NCBI GenBank assembly: GCA_977862235.1 | Contig: OZ374560.1 | Span: 2,046,001-2,110,000, forward strand | DNA length: 64,000 nt | Direction: 5' to 3' | Source of the DNA: Dudresnaya verticillata | Lineage: Eukaryota | Shown here: positions 13,627 through 26,485 of the stretch, one piece after another | Layout: each line of letters opens with the position of its first letter | How positions within the stretch are numbered: the first letter of the stretch is position 1 | The notes under the pieces: model-generated | Told to the model about the DNA's origin: nothing | Database searches by the model: none | The model's input: only the letters and a program-made list of their open reading frames with translations | Made by a program: the position numbers and the translations under genes

Positions 13627-14659
13627 AAAAACTGCAACCCCATTGGCTGTGCGCTGAATGACTGCCAAGCCGCGCCACCCGATTGGCTGTATGCCGCAAT
13701 GTTTCCCGCGGTACCCGCCTCGGGACAAATCAACCCGCGCACGCGCCCTGTTATTGGTGCGCTGACATTTTCTGACAGTAACTTTACAGAGGGGCCGCGT
13801 TATAGGGGTAGGATCTTACAGTCCCACCGTGGGCCTTGTTTCCTAATTTATCCCATTAAAATGCCACTCACCCCTGCGGCTTGGAAACCTATATCATTAC
13901 CTGAAAATGCTCAGAAACCTGTCCTTTTCCAGTTACCGGTACTCACGCGAATATCCACGAGTGTCCTCTCCATTAAAGATAATAATACGCGCCGAAGGAG
14001 CGGCGCATGGCGGCGCGCAGCCCCGCGTCGTTGCCCTTCCCGCACCGACAGCGCGGTGCATAGCGGCGTGCAGCGCCGCGACGTTGCCCTTGTTGACCTT
14101 AGAGTAAACATTTAGGTGGATATGACCGCCCAAAGGATAGAAATAGCCAGACTGGGTCTCAAAAAATAAACAAAAATATATATCGATGCGCCAACAAATC
14201 CAATTGGCGCCACAGTAGTTTCTAGGCATCGAAAATAATATCTACAATACATGCCCGCAGCGCCGATGAAAAATCAGCAGCAGCAGCAGCAAAGTTCACC
14301 ATTGATTGGCGGAATAGTACTCGCTACAGCCGACACCTTTGCTGTGCGCCTGATTTCGAAATTTGGCGCTTTTTTTGCACGCGCTACCGCCGTTAAATCC
14401 CGCGCCGAAGGTGGCAAAGGCGCGGGGTCTAGTGGCGCGTAGCGCCGCCCTCGCGGGAGGCGGTGTGACTAGCGGCCCGTAGCGCTGCCTCTGCCGAAGG
14501 CGGTGCGATTTGTCTGTATCTGGAAACATTTCGCAAAGACCTCCGAAATTCCAAGGAGCTAAAGTACGTGCATTCAGCCGGTTGTTGGGTGGAGCGATGT
14601 ATCGCTGCAGTTGCACTACTCATAAATGAAGCTGATGCCGCTAAACAGGCAGGTCTGCT

Positions 14660-16067
14660 CGGAATTGCTGAGGAAGGCCCTGCAGGTGCTAGAGAAGTTC
14701 TCGCTATGCGCACGGCCTGCTTCCAAACTGTCTTTACCAAATCTCAGTCCCGGCCCGTTCGGTCGCTCCGTGTTTGGTACCGCTCCAAATCGGTTAGTGC
14801 AGCTCTACTACAACGAGGTGGGGCCTATCCGTAACGGTTCCAAGTACACCCTTATGCTAAAGGATGACCACTTGGAGTATGCTGTGTTTTCCAACAACCC
14901 ATGTGGTGCAAACCGTCCGTGACGGGTAGCACGTCCAGGTGCTCGGGGCCCGGCGGGTATTGTCGTCTAATGACGGTAGTCGTAGAGCGGATGAGCAACG
15001 CCACAGGGCGGACTGTAAACGCCCCAAGCGGAAAGTAGCTGAAACGAAAGGAAAAAGGAACAAAACCAAAAAGAAACACTTTCAGGAAACGGTGAGGAAT
15101 GTGGGAGGGCGGTGGGGCTGACGCATGGGCTTCAGGCTTCGGAGGAAGGTACGTGCTAGCGAAAAAGGGCATTCAGGTCCGGACCGGCTTAGACGAGTTT
15201 ACTGTGACGTCCTCAGACGAGCTCTCTAAGTAGCACTGCCAATAAACGTGCACATACGCATCGCGGCGAACGCGCGGTGTCCCAGGACGCGTGTCATCAC
15301 GCCGTGCGTATGAGAAGTTCCGTTGCGGTGCAGCCATAGTGCTAACAGATCCGCGCGGCGCCGCACGCAGTGCGCCCATGCTTACACCTACACGTGGCCA
15401 CGGGCGGCCCTTACAGTGTAGTTTCGCGATCAAATTGCGCACGTGCGTGATCCAGGTGTGCCCCGTCGTGCGCAAGCCCGTGTGTACCACGTGTACGCGT
15501 GTGGCCCCGTTTGCCTCGTCATCCACCTTCGGCATGTCGCTGCACCTGAGCCGCGCCGGATGTGGCCACGATTTGTAAGCCTGTGTCGGTTTCTTTCCGC
15601 GGAGCGAGCGGGTTCGCGCCAACGCCTGTTGGCGGTTACAAAAATGTCCCACGCCAAATGGCGGAAGAGGCCCGTCGTCAACGGTAACGACGCCAGCAGC
15701 GGTAGATTATATCCGGAGCGCCGCGCGTGGCTTGAACCACAACCCACACCGCCGAGGAAACAGCAGCAATATTTCTAATCGACTGGTGCGCTGCCTTCGG
15801 CGTTCCGTGCGAGAGGATGTCCGATGGACCTACGCACTTCAAAAATGAAGTACTCGGTTCGGTACCTACGGGCCTCAAGGCTCCTCATCAATTCACGCTA
15901 CCGTACTCCACGTGGAGCAACGGAGCAGTCGAGCGCCTGGGCAAGGAACTGCTCAACGTATTCCGATCCGCTTTTTCTGAACTTCAGACTCGTTTTGAAG
16001 AGTGTCCGGACATTTTACCGCTGGTGCAGAGTGAACTCCACAATGAGCCATCACCGTTACGGAAAAA
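14660..16067 (+). pseudogene. old gypsy integrase core, interrupted by a solo LTR
   Basis: KYTLMLKDDH before the insertion; DWCAAFGVP, MSDGPTHFKNE, YSTWSNGAVERLGKELL after it. Confidence 0.8.
14902..15741 (-). mobile_element. solo LTR (840 bp) related to the gypsy LTRs at 26486 and 40471
   Basis: Ends TGTGGTTCAAG...TTGCACCACA on the minus strand; 5-bp TSD ACCCA at 14897-14901 and 15742-15746; shares GGCGTTTACAGTCCGCCC and GACGTCACAGTAAAC blocks. Confidence 0.9.
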
Positions 16068-16860
16068 TGTGGTGCACGGGGTCAGCGCTTTTATTTCCTC
16101 GCCATGGGCGTATCAAGACCGCGTCGACCGACGGACGGTCGTCTGAAACGGCTCATTCGCCGTTGGCGCGAACACGTCAACGACGATTGGCCTACCGACG
16201 TGCGGGCGCCATCCCCGCACAACGCGCGCCCGACGCACTGTACGCCACAACGCTGTGGAGCGGATCTGGATGGCGCATCTGGATCAACGCGGTGTAAGGT
16301 GCTCGACTGTCAGCTCGGCCCGAATCCCGATCGAATCCGGAATCCAGATCGGACATCGGGATCTGCTGTAATGAAGGCGCACCTGTAATACTGCCGCCAA
16401 TGGGGATCGGAATCCGGATCGCCTACAGTACCGCGCAAGCGTGCTTCTGTAAGACGCGCATGGCGTCGTACAGCGGCTGCACCACCCCGCGATGTGTCAC
16501 ACACACCTCTACACGACTTGTATCCCGGGTTCCCGGGCTCTGCGTCATGCAGCCGCCGCGCCGCGGCCCCATAGCAACTACTTAGGTACCTCGTCTAGGA
16601 CGTAGCAGTAAACTCCCGGTAACCCGGTTTGGGTCTGCACTTCCCCTTTCGCATCGCGCGCACTCAACCGCTACCCGAAGGCCTAAGCGTCCGTCTACCC
16701 GCGCTTCCGCGTCCACTACCGTTCTGGACGTGTTTCTTTTTGGCGCTTCTTCCCCTTTCTACTGCAATTTGGGCGTCTACATGATGATGTAGAATGATAC
16801 GCCCCTGGCGTATCATTGCTCTACCACCACCCGTCGCCGACGCGCTATCCGCCGAGCTGA
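16068..16860 (+). mobile_element. 3'-truncated LTR of the same gypsy lineage
   Basis: Starts TGTGGTGCA; shares CGTCGACCGACGG, CGCCGTTGGCGCG-AACACGTCA, GGATCCGG-rich core and CTTAGGTA with the LTR at 26486; terminal CACCACA not found. Confidence 0.8.
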
Positions 16861-18036
16861 ACTAATCGGACGTGATATGTCCGACACGACAAAAAGCCTC
16901 GCCCCATCACTGCTTTCATCAGAGTGGAACCCACACCTCCTATCTCCAATTTTCTCTGAAACTGCCACTCCGATTACGATGGAACAAGCAAATCTTGAAG
17001 TATCTCGAAAAGCACCACCGAATGCGGCGCCAAAAACGAGACCCCAATGGACCAGGAAGACCGAGTGTATTCGGTAGAAAACTGACCGAACATAGAACGG
17101 ACCCACACGCCGGTAGCAAATGTTGTAGAGCGGGAGGCGAGCGGGCGAATTCGTGGCCAAATCTGCCATGAGGACAGAAAATGGCCAAGTTGGGAGTACG
17201 GTTGTTAACTTTACTCCCAAACTCTGGTGGGACGGCTTCGTACTTATTCTGTCCGAGACCTAGTGTGTGGCCGTCTAAGTAGACCTAAAATAGGCAATCT
17301 GAGCTAAGCTGGAGCTATTCTACAGTTATTGGCCGAGGTTACTCCCCGTCGGCCATAGTATCTACTTGTGTTCCGGCATCGAGCCAATACAAAGCCCTTT
17401 CGAGACTAAACAAAGTAATTGTGAAGCGTGGAAATAACGGGGGCCGGAACATGTGGGAGGGTGACCGGAGATAATAGTCGGTAGTGTAAGAGGGAGCGAG
17501 GAGGAGAAGTGGACCGTTCGAGTCTCATTACATTACACGACAGTGTTATGCGCATGACCGTTATTGCCAACGCCACCAGCCACCGCCGACCGTCGCTGCT
17601 GAAGTAAATGACTCAGCACTGCCAAATAGTGACAGCACCAGGGCGCATTCGCTGAGGGAGTGTAGTACGATGATGTGGCAAGTGGGATGTGCCACACGCG
17701 CCGCGTTACGCCAGCTGCGGCACCATGACCGTAAGACTGTCTTACAGAGTGGCGCGCACGCAATTTGCTGAGCGCCGCCGCCGCTGTGCTTCTCCCTCTC
17801 CAAGCTCCGAGCACACCCACGCTCGAGAGTATTGCCGAGCCGATTGCATGTCGTATTCCGGCACTCCGCAGGCGGTTGGTAAAGGTCGCTCCATGCGGGA
17901 GCCAAACGTTTGCATTCGTAACGGAGACGGTTTCCAACAGTAAAGACGAGGCGCAGAGCTATCCATAGCACCTAGAACAACGTTAGTTTCGCTCACAGTT
18001 GCAAGACATATGTGTCCGAAGCGGATCTGGCTTTTC

Positions 18037-18076
18037 ATTGGCTTAGAGGGGCCGTTAACGGCCCCTCTAAGCCAAT
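18037..18076. promoter_or_regulatory. 40-bp perfect palindrome with ATTGG/CCAAT ends upstream of accessory gene A
   Basis: ATTGGCTTAGAGGGGCCGTT-AACGGCCCCTCTAAGCCAAT; regulatory role is inferred. Confidence 0.6.
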
Positions 18077-18225
18077 CAAATTCCGGAAAGCGTTTTCTCG
18101 TCAGAAGCCCTTGACTCGACATATATGTATCTTGTTGCGTGCAGCCGTCCAACCATCCCCGGGAGTATCACCGGAGCTCATTCAACATACTGAGCCTTCC
18201 TTTTTGGCCCTTCGCTCGCCGTGAC

Positions 18226-19864
18226 ATGCCGTCCCCACGCGCCAAGATCTCTCACACAATTTCTACAGTGTCTGAGAGAGTTCGTGAGTGTGCGGATCGT
18301 CTAGTTATCAACCCGAGTCATATCAAAGGGGATGACTGGCAGTATGTATCTTCTACTCTCAACTCTATTGCGCACATGGCTGCCGTCCTCGAACGTTTTG
18401 TGGAGGGAAGTTCGCAGCTGGGAAAGCTTAGGGTAGCCATATTTTCTAAACCCATTGCTCGGACGGTTGGCTCTGTGCCAGCAATAATGTTATGGGGACC
18501 TAATACTTCTGTTGTGCCCCACGGTACTGAAGATAACACTCGAAGTGCGAATACTTCGGGCCCAGTTGCTCAAGGCAATGTGCAAGACAGAGATGTCCTA
18601 CTCCCAAGACCCATCAATGGGCCAAGTACTTCTCGAGACAGGGATGTCCTACTCCCAAGACCACTGTCCGAGCCTATCCTTTCTCGAGACATAGATGTCC
18701 CACGCACATCTCAGGAACAAGCTGGAGGCTTGGGAGTAAGGATAACCTATGAGGCTGCAGTCAAGTGCATGGCACTTCTACTGGATTCAAGTGCTATTAC
18801 CAAGCATACTTCATCTTATATTCCAGGGGTCATAGAAAGCATCAACGGAAAAACCGTGGAGACAGTGTATGGCGCAGTTTTTGCCCTTTATCATGATCGA
18901 TTGGGACATATAGGAGGAGATATCTCGGGGATGTCTTATCTCTCACTACTCCCAAGAGAATTGCGGTATAAGACTGCTTCTTTTCCACAGCTAGAGCTGG
19001 GAAGATATGGACCAACGTCCACCTACAAGATAATTGGGAGACCAAAGTTGGTGAAGATGCGTAATATCCGCAAGGCCAGCAAAGCTACGAAGCTGGAGTC
19101 CATCACTCTACTATCTATTCTTCTAATGATAGTTAATGATGACACAATTCGCTCCAACACCGAGGCGGGAAATGAAACAAGTAAGACACAATATGAACTA
19201 CTTCGCGAAGTAATAGAAGAGGTTATGATTGGCAAGGCCTTGTGCTGTAGTATGCGCCGATGAGCCTAAGCCACTATGTGATGTATACTTTGGGACGAGA
19301 CACGAAGAGGAAGAGAAGTTTGGAAAGGGATGCGTGGATCCCTTCATTCCTTATTTGTATGGGAAGAAGGTTCCGGAGGATAGCCTCGTGTTGCAGTTTA
19401 CCAGCATACAAAAACCTGAGTTGCTATCCCGAACGCACTACGCCACAGCAGAAGTGGCGAATATGTTGAAACTTCCAGTCATGTGGAAGAAGGAAGGTAT
19501 TGGGCGTGTAACACTCACGGAATATCCCAATAACGTGGGATCCGCAATCGTTGTGCGCACGGGAGTGAACATCAACAGGGAGCGGAAGAGGAACATGGAC
19601 ATGCGAAATGCTTCTGAACTTTGCAACTTCAAGCCTCCTACAGGAGGATATGTAGTATTAAGCACAGCTGTCGAACAAAACACCACTGCAAGTGGTAGTG
19701 GAACAGATGTGTCCCGTACTCGTGGGAGTGGGGTGGAGAAACCTATTTACCCGTTCGCCGAGTGGTACTCTTCTTGCGAGGACAGGAAAGTGCTGAAGCG
19801 GAAGCACTTCGTAGCATTTCCAAAATTCATGTCGGACTTGGATAATTGTCGGGTTTTCCTCTGA
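18226..19864 (+). pseudogene. KDZ accessory gene A, unknown function, one frameshift near 19230-19260
   Basis: ATG at 18226; overlapping ORFs 18139..19263 and 19229..19864 give ~545 aa of protein-like sequence. Confidence 0.65.
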
Positions 19865-21168
19865 GACGGAGAACATCTACACTCCAATCCTAAATAGCTT
19901 TACTACCTCTCACTTCCCAATTGAGAGCTGACTTAAGTCTGTCCAAGTCTGGAATTGACAGTTGTCGAGTTTAATTGTCTAGTTGTCGAGTTTAATTGTC
20001 TTAGATTGTTGTGTCTGTTGAGTAAATGCGAAACATAGAGGTCCTAGTACCTACAAGGCTTGAACATTTCCTCCCTCATTGCCACTTTGATCTCTATACC
20101 GAATGTTTTAAGATGTGGACAAGACCCGGGGTTACAAATTCTACATCCAACTTTATAATAAGTATCGGACAAGACAAGTGAGTTTGTATACACAATATTC
20201 ACCCAATACGTCTACTATAGTCTAGTAGAGATGTTATTTGGATATTTCCTTGTTGCAACAGCGGCATGCCGCTGTGACATTACAAGAATCATCCAGACAT
20301 ATGTGTCCTGCTGCTAATTTAAGATTTTCTAGAGGCCATGATTGCTTTTGGCACAATGTGGATTCACGAATATTGTAATAGGATAGTAGATGTTATTTTA
20401 ATATTTCCTCGCCGCCGCTATGATGTGACTAGACACATTAACGATGTGCTTTTACCCCACAGCTTCGTAAAGGTACAACTGTTTGTGCAGTCTTAACTGT
20501 TTGTGCAGTGTTAAGACTAGTCTTGGTGGAGCTCCACCATCAGGGGTGAAATCACCGCTGAGGGTGGATGACTCATTCACATCGATATCTCCTTTTCGCT
20601 TCTTACTATTGGTTAGCACCAACTGTTGTGGAAAGGACAAGTCAGTATGATAATACTAGCACTGCACATATTCTTTTAATATCCCATGGACAATAGTGGT
20701 GGACCATATCAGGACACACATGTCCTGTTAGATTTGGACTTTGTTTTTGTAAAGGATACAAGGATAGGATATCTACGTCCGTATTTATACTTTTTATAAG
20801 ATGTAGTGTAGAAGGCAAGTGTTCCATCTATAAATGCTAGTATTTCTTACTCATAGTCGTAGTCGGCCAAGTCAGAAAGTGACCACAAGTACAAATATGT
20901 CTTCATTGTTGTAGTCAGATGTGCTGTGTCATATATGATCGTATATCATAGCCATAGTCACTTGTCGTATTTCTGTTATCATATGTGATGTATCACGTGT
21001 GACTAGGCGCATCAAGACACATATGTCCTGCTAGTCTGTGACTTGGTAAACGCAATGACATATATGTCATTACATTTACCAAGTCACCATAAATGAAGTG
21101 ATAAGAAGTTTGAAGAAAGACAACTGAGTTAACTCAGTAGATTTTATCAGAACCCAAGTGCTAACTAC

Positions 21169-24100
21169 CTATTTTTTTTCTGTTGCAGCATTATTACTAT
21201 ATAGACAACAGGTGCATCGCAATCCTAGGCAGTCGAAGAACGCCCACTCCAAGTCATATTCAGAAAACAGACTGGTCCGCTCCTTAATTTTCTGGGAGGC
21301 CTTTGTTTTGGCTTTGATGTCGGCGACAATTGTGTCGTATGTCAAGAGAGAGATATATTTCACGTGCCCAGAGTTTCGTAGTGATGCACGGATTGTTTGA
21401 ATGCGACTGTTTATCTGCTCGTGGGATACTGTATTGCTTGAGTTCAACTCCGAGTAAATCTTTGGGTTATAGGAGGGAGAGCATGACTTGTGATTTCCAA
21501 TATGAAACTTGTCGCTAGCAATGGTGGTTCCCTCCAAAGCCCACCGAAGGGTGTTGACTGCACTTGAAAAAAGACTGTACGAGAATTCATAGACAATGAA
21601 CCTTGGGAAAGATGCAAAACGTGCCAGTACCATATCCAACACAACCTTCGGTCCCTCGTTTCTGTACAAGACCTTGGCTCCGAACGTTACTGGACACCGA
21701 CCAGAGCACGAAATAGTCATGGCTCCTGGTGTAAAGCCCTTCGTTTTCTGAGAGTAGTGTTTTGAGCAAGGTCCCAGTGATTCCGCTTTGGGGGAAGTTA
21801 TTTCGTCCCTGTTGAACTGAAGCGGGCAAACTTGAGGACGACCAGGGAAGTAATGACCAGTACATAAAGCCTCTTGCAGGGATGAAGACCAACCGTTGGA
21901 GTTATGCGGATACCTTACAGTCATCCGTTGCTTTAGGACATGTATGTCCTGAGATTTCCACCTTTGACCGTAAGTCACAGCCGTACTCTTAAGGACAGGG
22001 GAGTCATAGTACGAGTAGAATTTCGTTACGCAGCGCGCTGTGTATATAAAAACAGAACCCAACGCGTGTCTTAGCTTCTTACCTACACCTCCATTTGTAT
22101 TCAACTCAATGTGTCGAATACTGGCGAGAACTGACTGCATAAGACAGCAGGTATCAAGGAAACTTGTTTCTCCAGTCTGGGAATTACCCAGGCCTTGAGG
22201 TGTCTTCAGTGCATTGCCCAGATCTTCCGCTTGTTGATAGAGACATATATGTCCCAATGCCACTAAAGAATTAATATCTGACCGCCGAACGAACTGACAA
22301 ACAGGACCTTGTACGAGCATTTGATACAGGTTCTGTAAATCCTTGCATACGTCCTTGTCCCATTCGGTCAGCACGGTACCAAACGATGCCCAAGGCACAC
22401 CCTGTCTTGTAACACGACTCTGGATAGCAGGCGTTCTCTCCAAGTCAGAAATCTTCGTACTGGCCGGCTGATTGCTTCTGAATGCCTTCCATATTACGAT
22501 TTAACGCTCTGCAGAAGACTAGAGAAGAAAACTTGGAGAGGTTTCAAAAGCCTGCACAGCAAAGACTTTGTACAAAAAAGCTCTCTGTCACATTTTGGAG
22601 AGGGAGGACTTAGTTATGCTCCCCAATATCACTTGAGTGGTCATTCCTTCCATTTCCACAGATAGCTTCTAGACAGAATTTATCCAGCACATCCTCACTG
22701 GAAATCAAAAGAATACACGAACATATATCGATGAGTGATGTCGTTGTACATGATAGAGAATCTCCCTTGATACAAGATAGCATCATCTTGAGCGTCTTCT
22801 CTCTGCGGAAGAACCCTGAGAGCGGGCGATGAAGTGAGCCATTTCCTCGCGCCCTAGACACCGGAATAGGGTCACACGGCTCTGCAATACTTTTTAACTG
22901 CACTTGCTTGTTCTTTAAAGTATCCAAGTTATATCCCGTCAATGAAAAGTGCACGTATATCATTTCCATCATGGTCATCATGAGACATACATGTCTCACA
23001 AGCAAACAAGCTCTTCTCTGGTTTCATGGCCATCAGTTTCAGCATCAAGGTGCAAAGGTCTTGCAGTGTTCTAGTTGATTGCGAGTGGTAGTGCCTGAGT
23101 CGGCTGTTCAGTGTTCCATTACCACTTACAACTCCCGTCAATTCACGACTTAAGAGGGCATGAGTAGCTCCGCTTGTCATGTTCATTAAGAGTATGCAGT
23201 GCCCTGTACCATCAGCATGCAACTTTCTAGCACAATTCCTATTGGAGCAGTAAAATTCCTCAACATGCATTCGGCAAGGACCGAGTGTGTGCATAATGAT
23301 ACCATATTTCTGCAGTTTCCTAGTCTTCGGGTTCTTGGTTTCCCCGCAAGTACAATGCGACGGGGCCAGGATAAGATAAATCTCTTCTCGCCTTGTAATA
23401 TCAGCAACTTCCTGATCCATAATAATGGACCGGAAAAAATTGACTGATGCTAGTGTCAGACGTGAAAGACACTGGGACATATCTGTCTCAAGGTTTGTCG
23501 CTGGATGTGGAGTGATTTCCGCTTCCTCCTCCTCTGCAATAGTTCCAACGCATGAGTAAAGCTGCCGTGTGTGCATACATCCACCAGAATATTCCGTATC
23601 GCAAAATGCGCACACGAAGAAAGAATTCTTCACGACCCGACTGGGAAAGCCCATTTCTGTCTCGCGATGACCAATACCCCCAAGAAACCCCCCGGAAAGC
23701 CTACATCGGCATCGGGTCGTCCTTTCAGTCGATGCAGTCCCGCACTATCCGGCTGCGTAAAGTCAAGCTCTACGTCAAGGGTAACCACGAGTCGTGGTTC
23801 AGCGACCTGACCCTGAATGCCTTTGCGGGAATGGTTAGGCCCGATTATCAAGCTTTTATCAAGACATCAGGAAAGTCGACTACCCTGACCCGCGAGAGCA
23901 AGGGTCTGTGGGGCAAGGATTGGTCTACACTGGGGGAACTCGAGTTGTCAGCACGGGCCTCTTCAGTCCACTGGACCATCTTCCTTCAGCGATGTGGCAC
24001 ACCCGGAAGTCCTTCTTTCCGATGAAGGCTCATCTGAATACAGTCATGGCAACGGTTGCTGAATTTGTTCGAGCCGGAACGTCTGAGACATACTATGTCT

Positions 24101-24374
24101 CGACACCACAAATGCTCACAAATTCGACCGGAGGGTTTTGCGACGCGTTTTTTAATATGAGGAGGAAGACGCACCTTCCTACCGATTCTTCATGTACCTG
24201 GGCGGAGAGTTTGCAGCACCGCCTACCGTCCTTGTTTCTGTTGGGTGGCCTCGCCAATATGCGTGTACTACTACTGCGGGCGACAACGTCATTCAAACGT
24301 TCCGCCAGCGTGGCAAACCTCCGGTCTCGGGGCTTTCGACTCGCGCGTTCTACTCCGAGGGTAATAAAAACCAT
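21169..24374 (-). pseudogene. KDZ transposase with SWIM-like and CxC cysteine clusters, multiple stops and frameshifts
   Basis: CAFC..GCMH; CTCG..FYCSNRNC; FACETC..FIDGI; CSKHY..FTPGAMTISC; EGPKVV; IVYEFSY (YDFAC position); DKFHIGNHKSCS; NTVSHEQINS. Confidence 0.85.
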
Positions 24375-24429
24375 CGTCTACACGCTGGTGACATCCTGAT
24401 TATTGAAGGAGACTACGCTTTCTCTGTGG

Positions 24430-25486
24430 ATATGCAGATTTTTATGCGGACGCAGAAGGCGCGAATGGTTTCCTGGAACCTTTACACGGAAGAGAGCTGT
24501 GTGGAAAACTTCCACAGGGCCGGGAAAAAGCCGTACAACCCGCGCAAGTACATTCGCGTTTCCCCCGACATTCTAGCTTTCCTGCCTCCCGTGCAGGAAG
24601 TCGCGGCGGGATACCCGGAAGCGAGGGAATAATATCTCAAGGAGTTGGAAGAGATACAGGCGGAGAATCTGGAAAACGACGTTCCCATCGAATGCCGCCT
24701 ATCCGAGATGGAAACTGCACGTGTCACTAATGGTGTTTATTCTCCAGGAGCTATACGAAGGCTGTCTCAGAAGGAGCGGAAATTTTCGAGGTGCATTCCG
24801 AGGAGTTCTGGGAGGGAAACTACTTTGGATCTGTTTCCTCCGGTTGGAGTGCCTCAGGCGATGAGGTGGATCTCAATCCAGATCTGCCGTCCGATGAATA
24901 TTTAGAGATTTTAGGTCGTAAGACAGATATGTCTCACGAAAACAAGTCTACTATTCCCGGTCAAGGTGGCGCTGGACCGTCTCGTGGATATGCGGGAGAT
25001 AATTCTGACTCTTCGGAAGATTCCTCCAGTTCTTCTTCGGAAGAACAGGTGCAGGAGGAGCAGGTGTACGAAATAGAATACAAGAGCAAGCATAGACCTC
25101 CCAGTGGGAAGGGCAAGTGCAAGAAATCGCGCCAGGAGAACCGATCGGGTCGTGCAGATCAGTCCGCAATGGATATATCTGATGACGACGATGACTCCGA
25201 CAAGGAGGATGCACCACTTCAGCCGAGAACCCCACAGAAGAACGTGTCGTCCCGCGCCGGCAGACACGGCGTTGATACAGCCGCAATTTCCCCGGCCTCC
25301 CTTCCAGACGAGGTGAAGCACGGAATGCCAGAAGCATTAGCGAGGGAGAGGGGACTATTGTCGGATTCAGGGGAAGGGTCGGGAGATGGACGTAACAGGG
25401 GCGAGGAGAGTGGGCAGGACAGCGATTACGTCGTGCGTGAAAAGGAATCTTCTTCTAGTTCCGAGGATGATTCCAAAAGCACTTAG
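24430..25486 (+). pseudogene. KDZ accessory gene C, acidic and low-complexity, disrupted
   Basis: ORF pieces 24192..24632, 24645..24905 and 24791..25486; divergent from the transposase. Confidence 0.5.
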
Positions 25487-26016
25487 GATACTCGAAGGGA
25501 GTGTAACTAGCTAGCTGCTAGTTCCGAGGATGCATCCTTGAATCAGGATTCCAAAAGCGATTAGAATGCTTGGATGGATTTTTGTGCAGAAGTTCCAATA
25601 GCTAGCTGCTAGCAGCGCATAAGTAATAGTGTTTGTTTGTTTGTTTATTTCGTGTGATTCGTTCTGACTTCAACTTTCCGCAGAAGCCATTACAGGGAAT
25701 ATGTTCTACATCATAAATGTTCTACATCATAAAAGTAGGAGGCGTGTTCTAGGACCATTATATCTAGGGCCATATGAGTCCCACACGCAGCGGGGGCTTT
25801 GTGCACAATCCTGTATAGAACCCGATGGGACACATATGTCTCAGAACTGTTGTAGGGTCATTGTATTCGTACAGAACATATAGATCCTGCTTTCAGGGAA
25901 GACTTCACATGCATCATAACTTCACAAACACATGGGACTTGTATGTCTTAGAATCTTTGGAAGCGTTCGCAATCCACAATGATCTACTTTGAGATGTATA
26001 TTAATGTTCTAGAACG

Positions 26017-26485
26017 TTAGTACACTTGAGAATTTTCAAGAGGCGCAGCTACTTCATGTTGCAGGCTCAGCAGCTCCTCCTTAGACATACGAGCCAGAAC
26101 TGCAGGCCCAATATTATCGCCGTTGAAGTCTGGCTTTCGACGCCCCCGGCTGGGAGTTGCTCCAGATCCGGACGGTTTCTTGATCCGCAGTGCCTGCAGC
26201 TCGGCTTCCGCCGTCTCCAACTTCCGAGCAACTTCCTCCTTCTCCAAGCGAGACTTCTCGATCTCCTGCAACATTTTTCCTTGCGGCTCCTGGTGGGATT
26301 CAGGAACAGCCCCCGGGATACAGAGAGTTGAGAAATTCGGTTCTGCAACGCTGCAGCGACGCGGCGTTCAACTTCCGCTTTCACTTTGGCCTCCAAGGCG
26401 CTATCGAAAATCGAGCCTTGCTTGTTGCCCGAGATTGGAACTGAAAAAGTACCCTTAGGGAACTTCTTCTGCAACGCAGCAATTT
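26017..26485 (-). pseudogene. 3' part of KDZ accessory gene D (coiled-coil tail), separated by the gypsy insertion
   Basis: Removing the gypsy at the AATTT TSD joins EIGNLRKQ to IAALQKKFPKG in frame. Confidence 0.75.

Noticed and set aside
16991..16998. 8-bp TSD for the KDZ element
   Set aside because: Left flank AATCTTGA does not match right flank ACATTATA.
18139..19864. TET/JBP dioxygenase expected beside a KDZ transposase
   Set aside because: No HxD..H..R 2OG-Fe signature recognised in genes A, C or D.
19961..20510. Short direct repeats in the AT-rich spacer (GTTGTCGAGTTTAATTGTCT x2, AACTGTTTGTGCAGT x2)
   Set aside because: Ordinary slippage duplications with no further structure.
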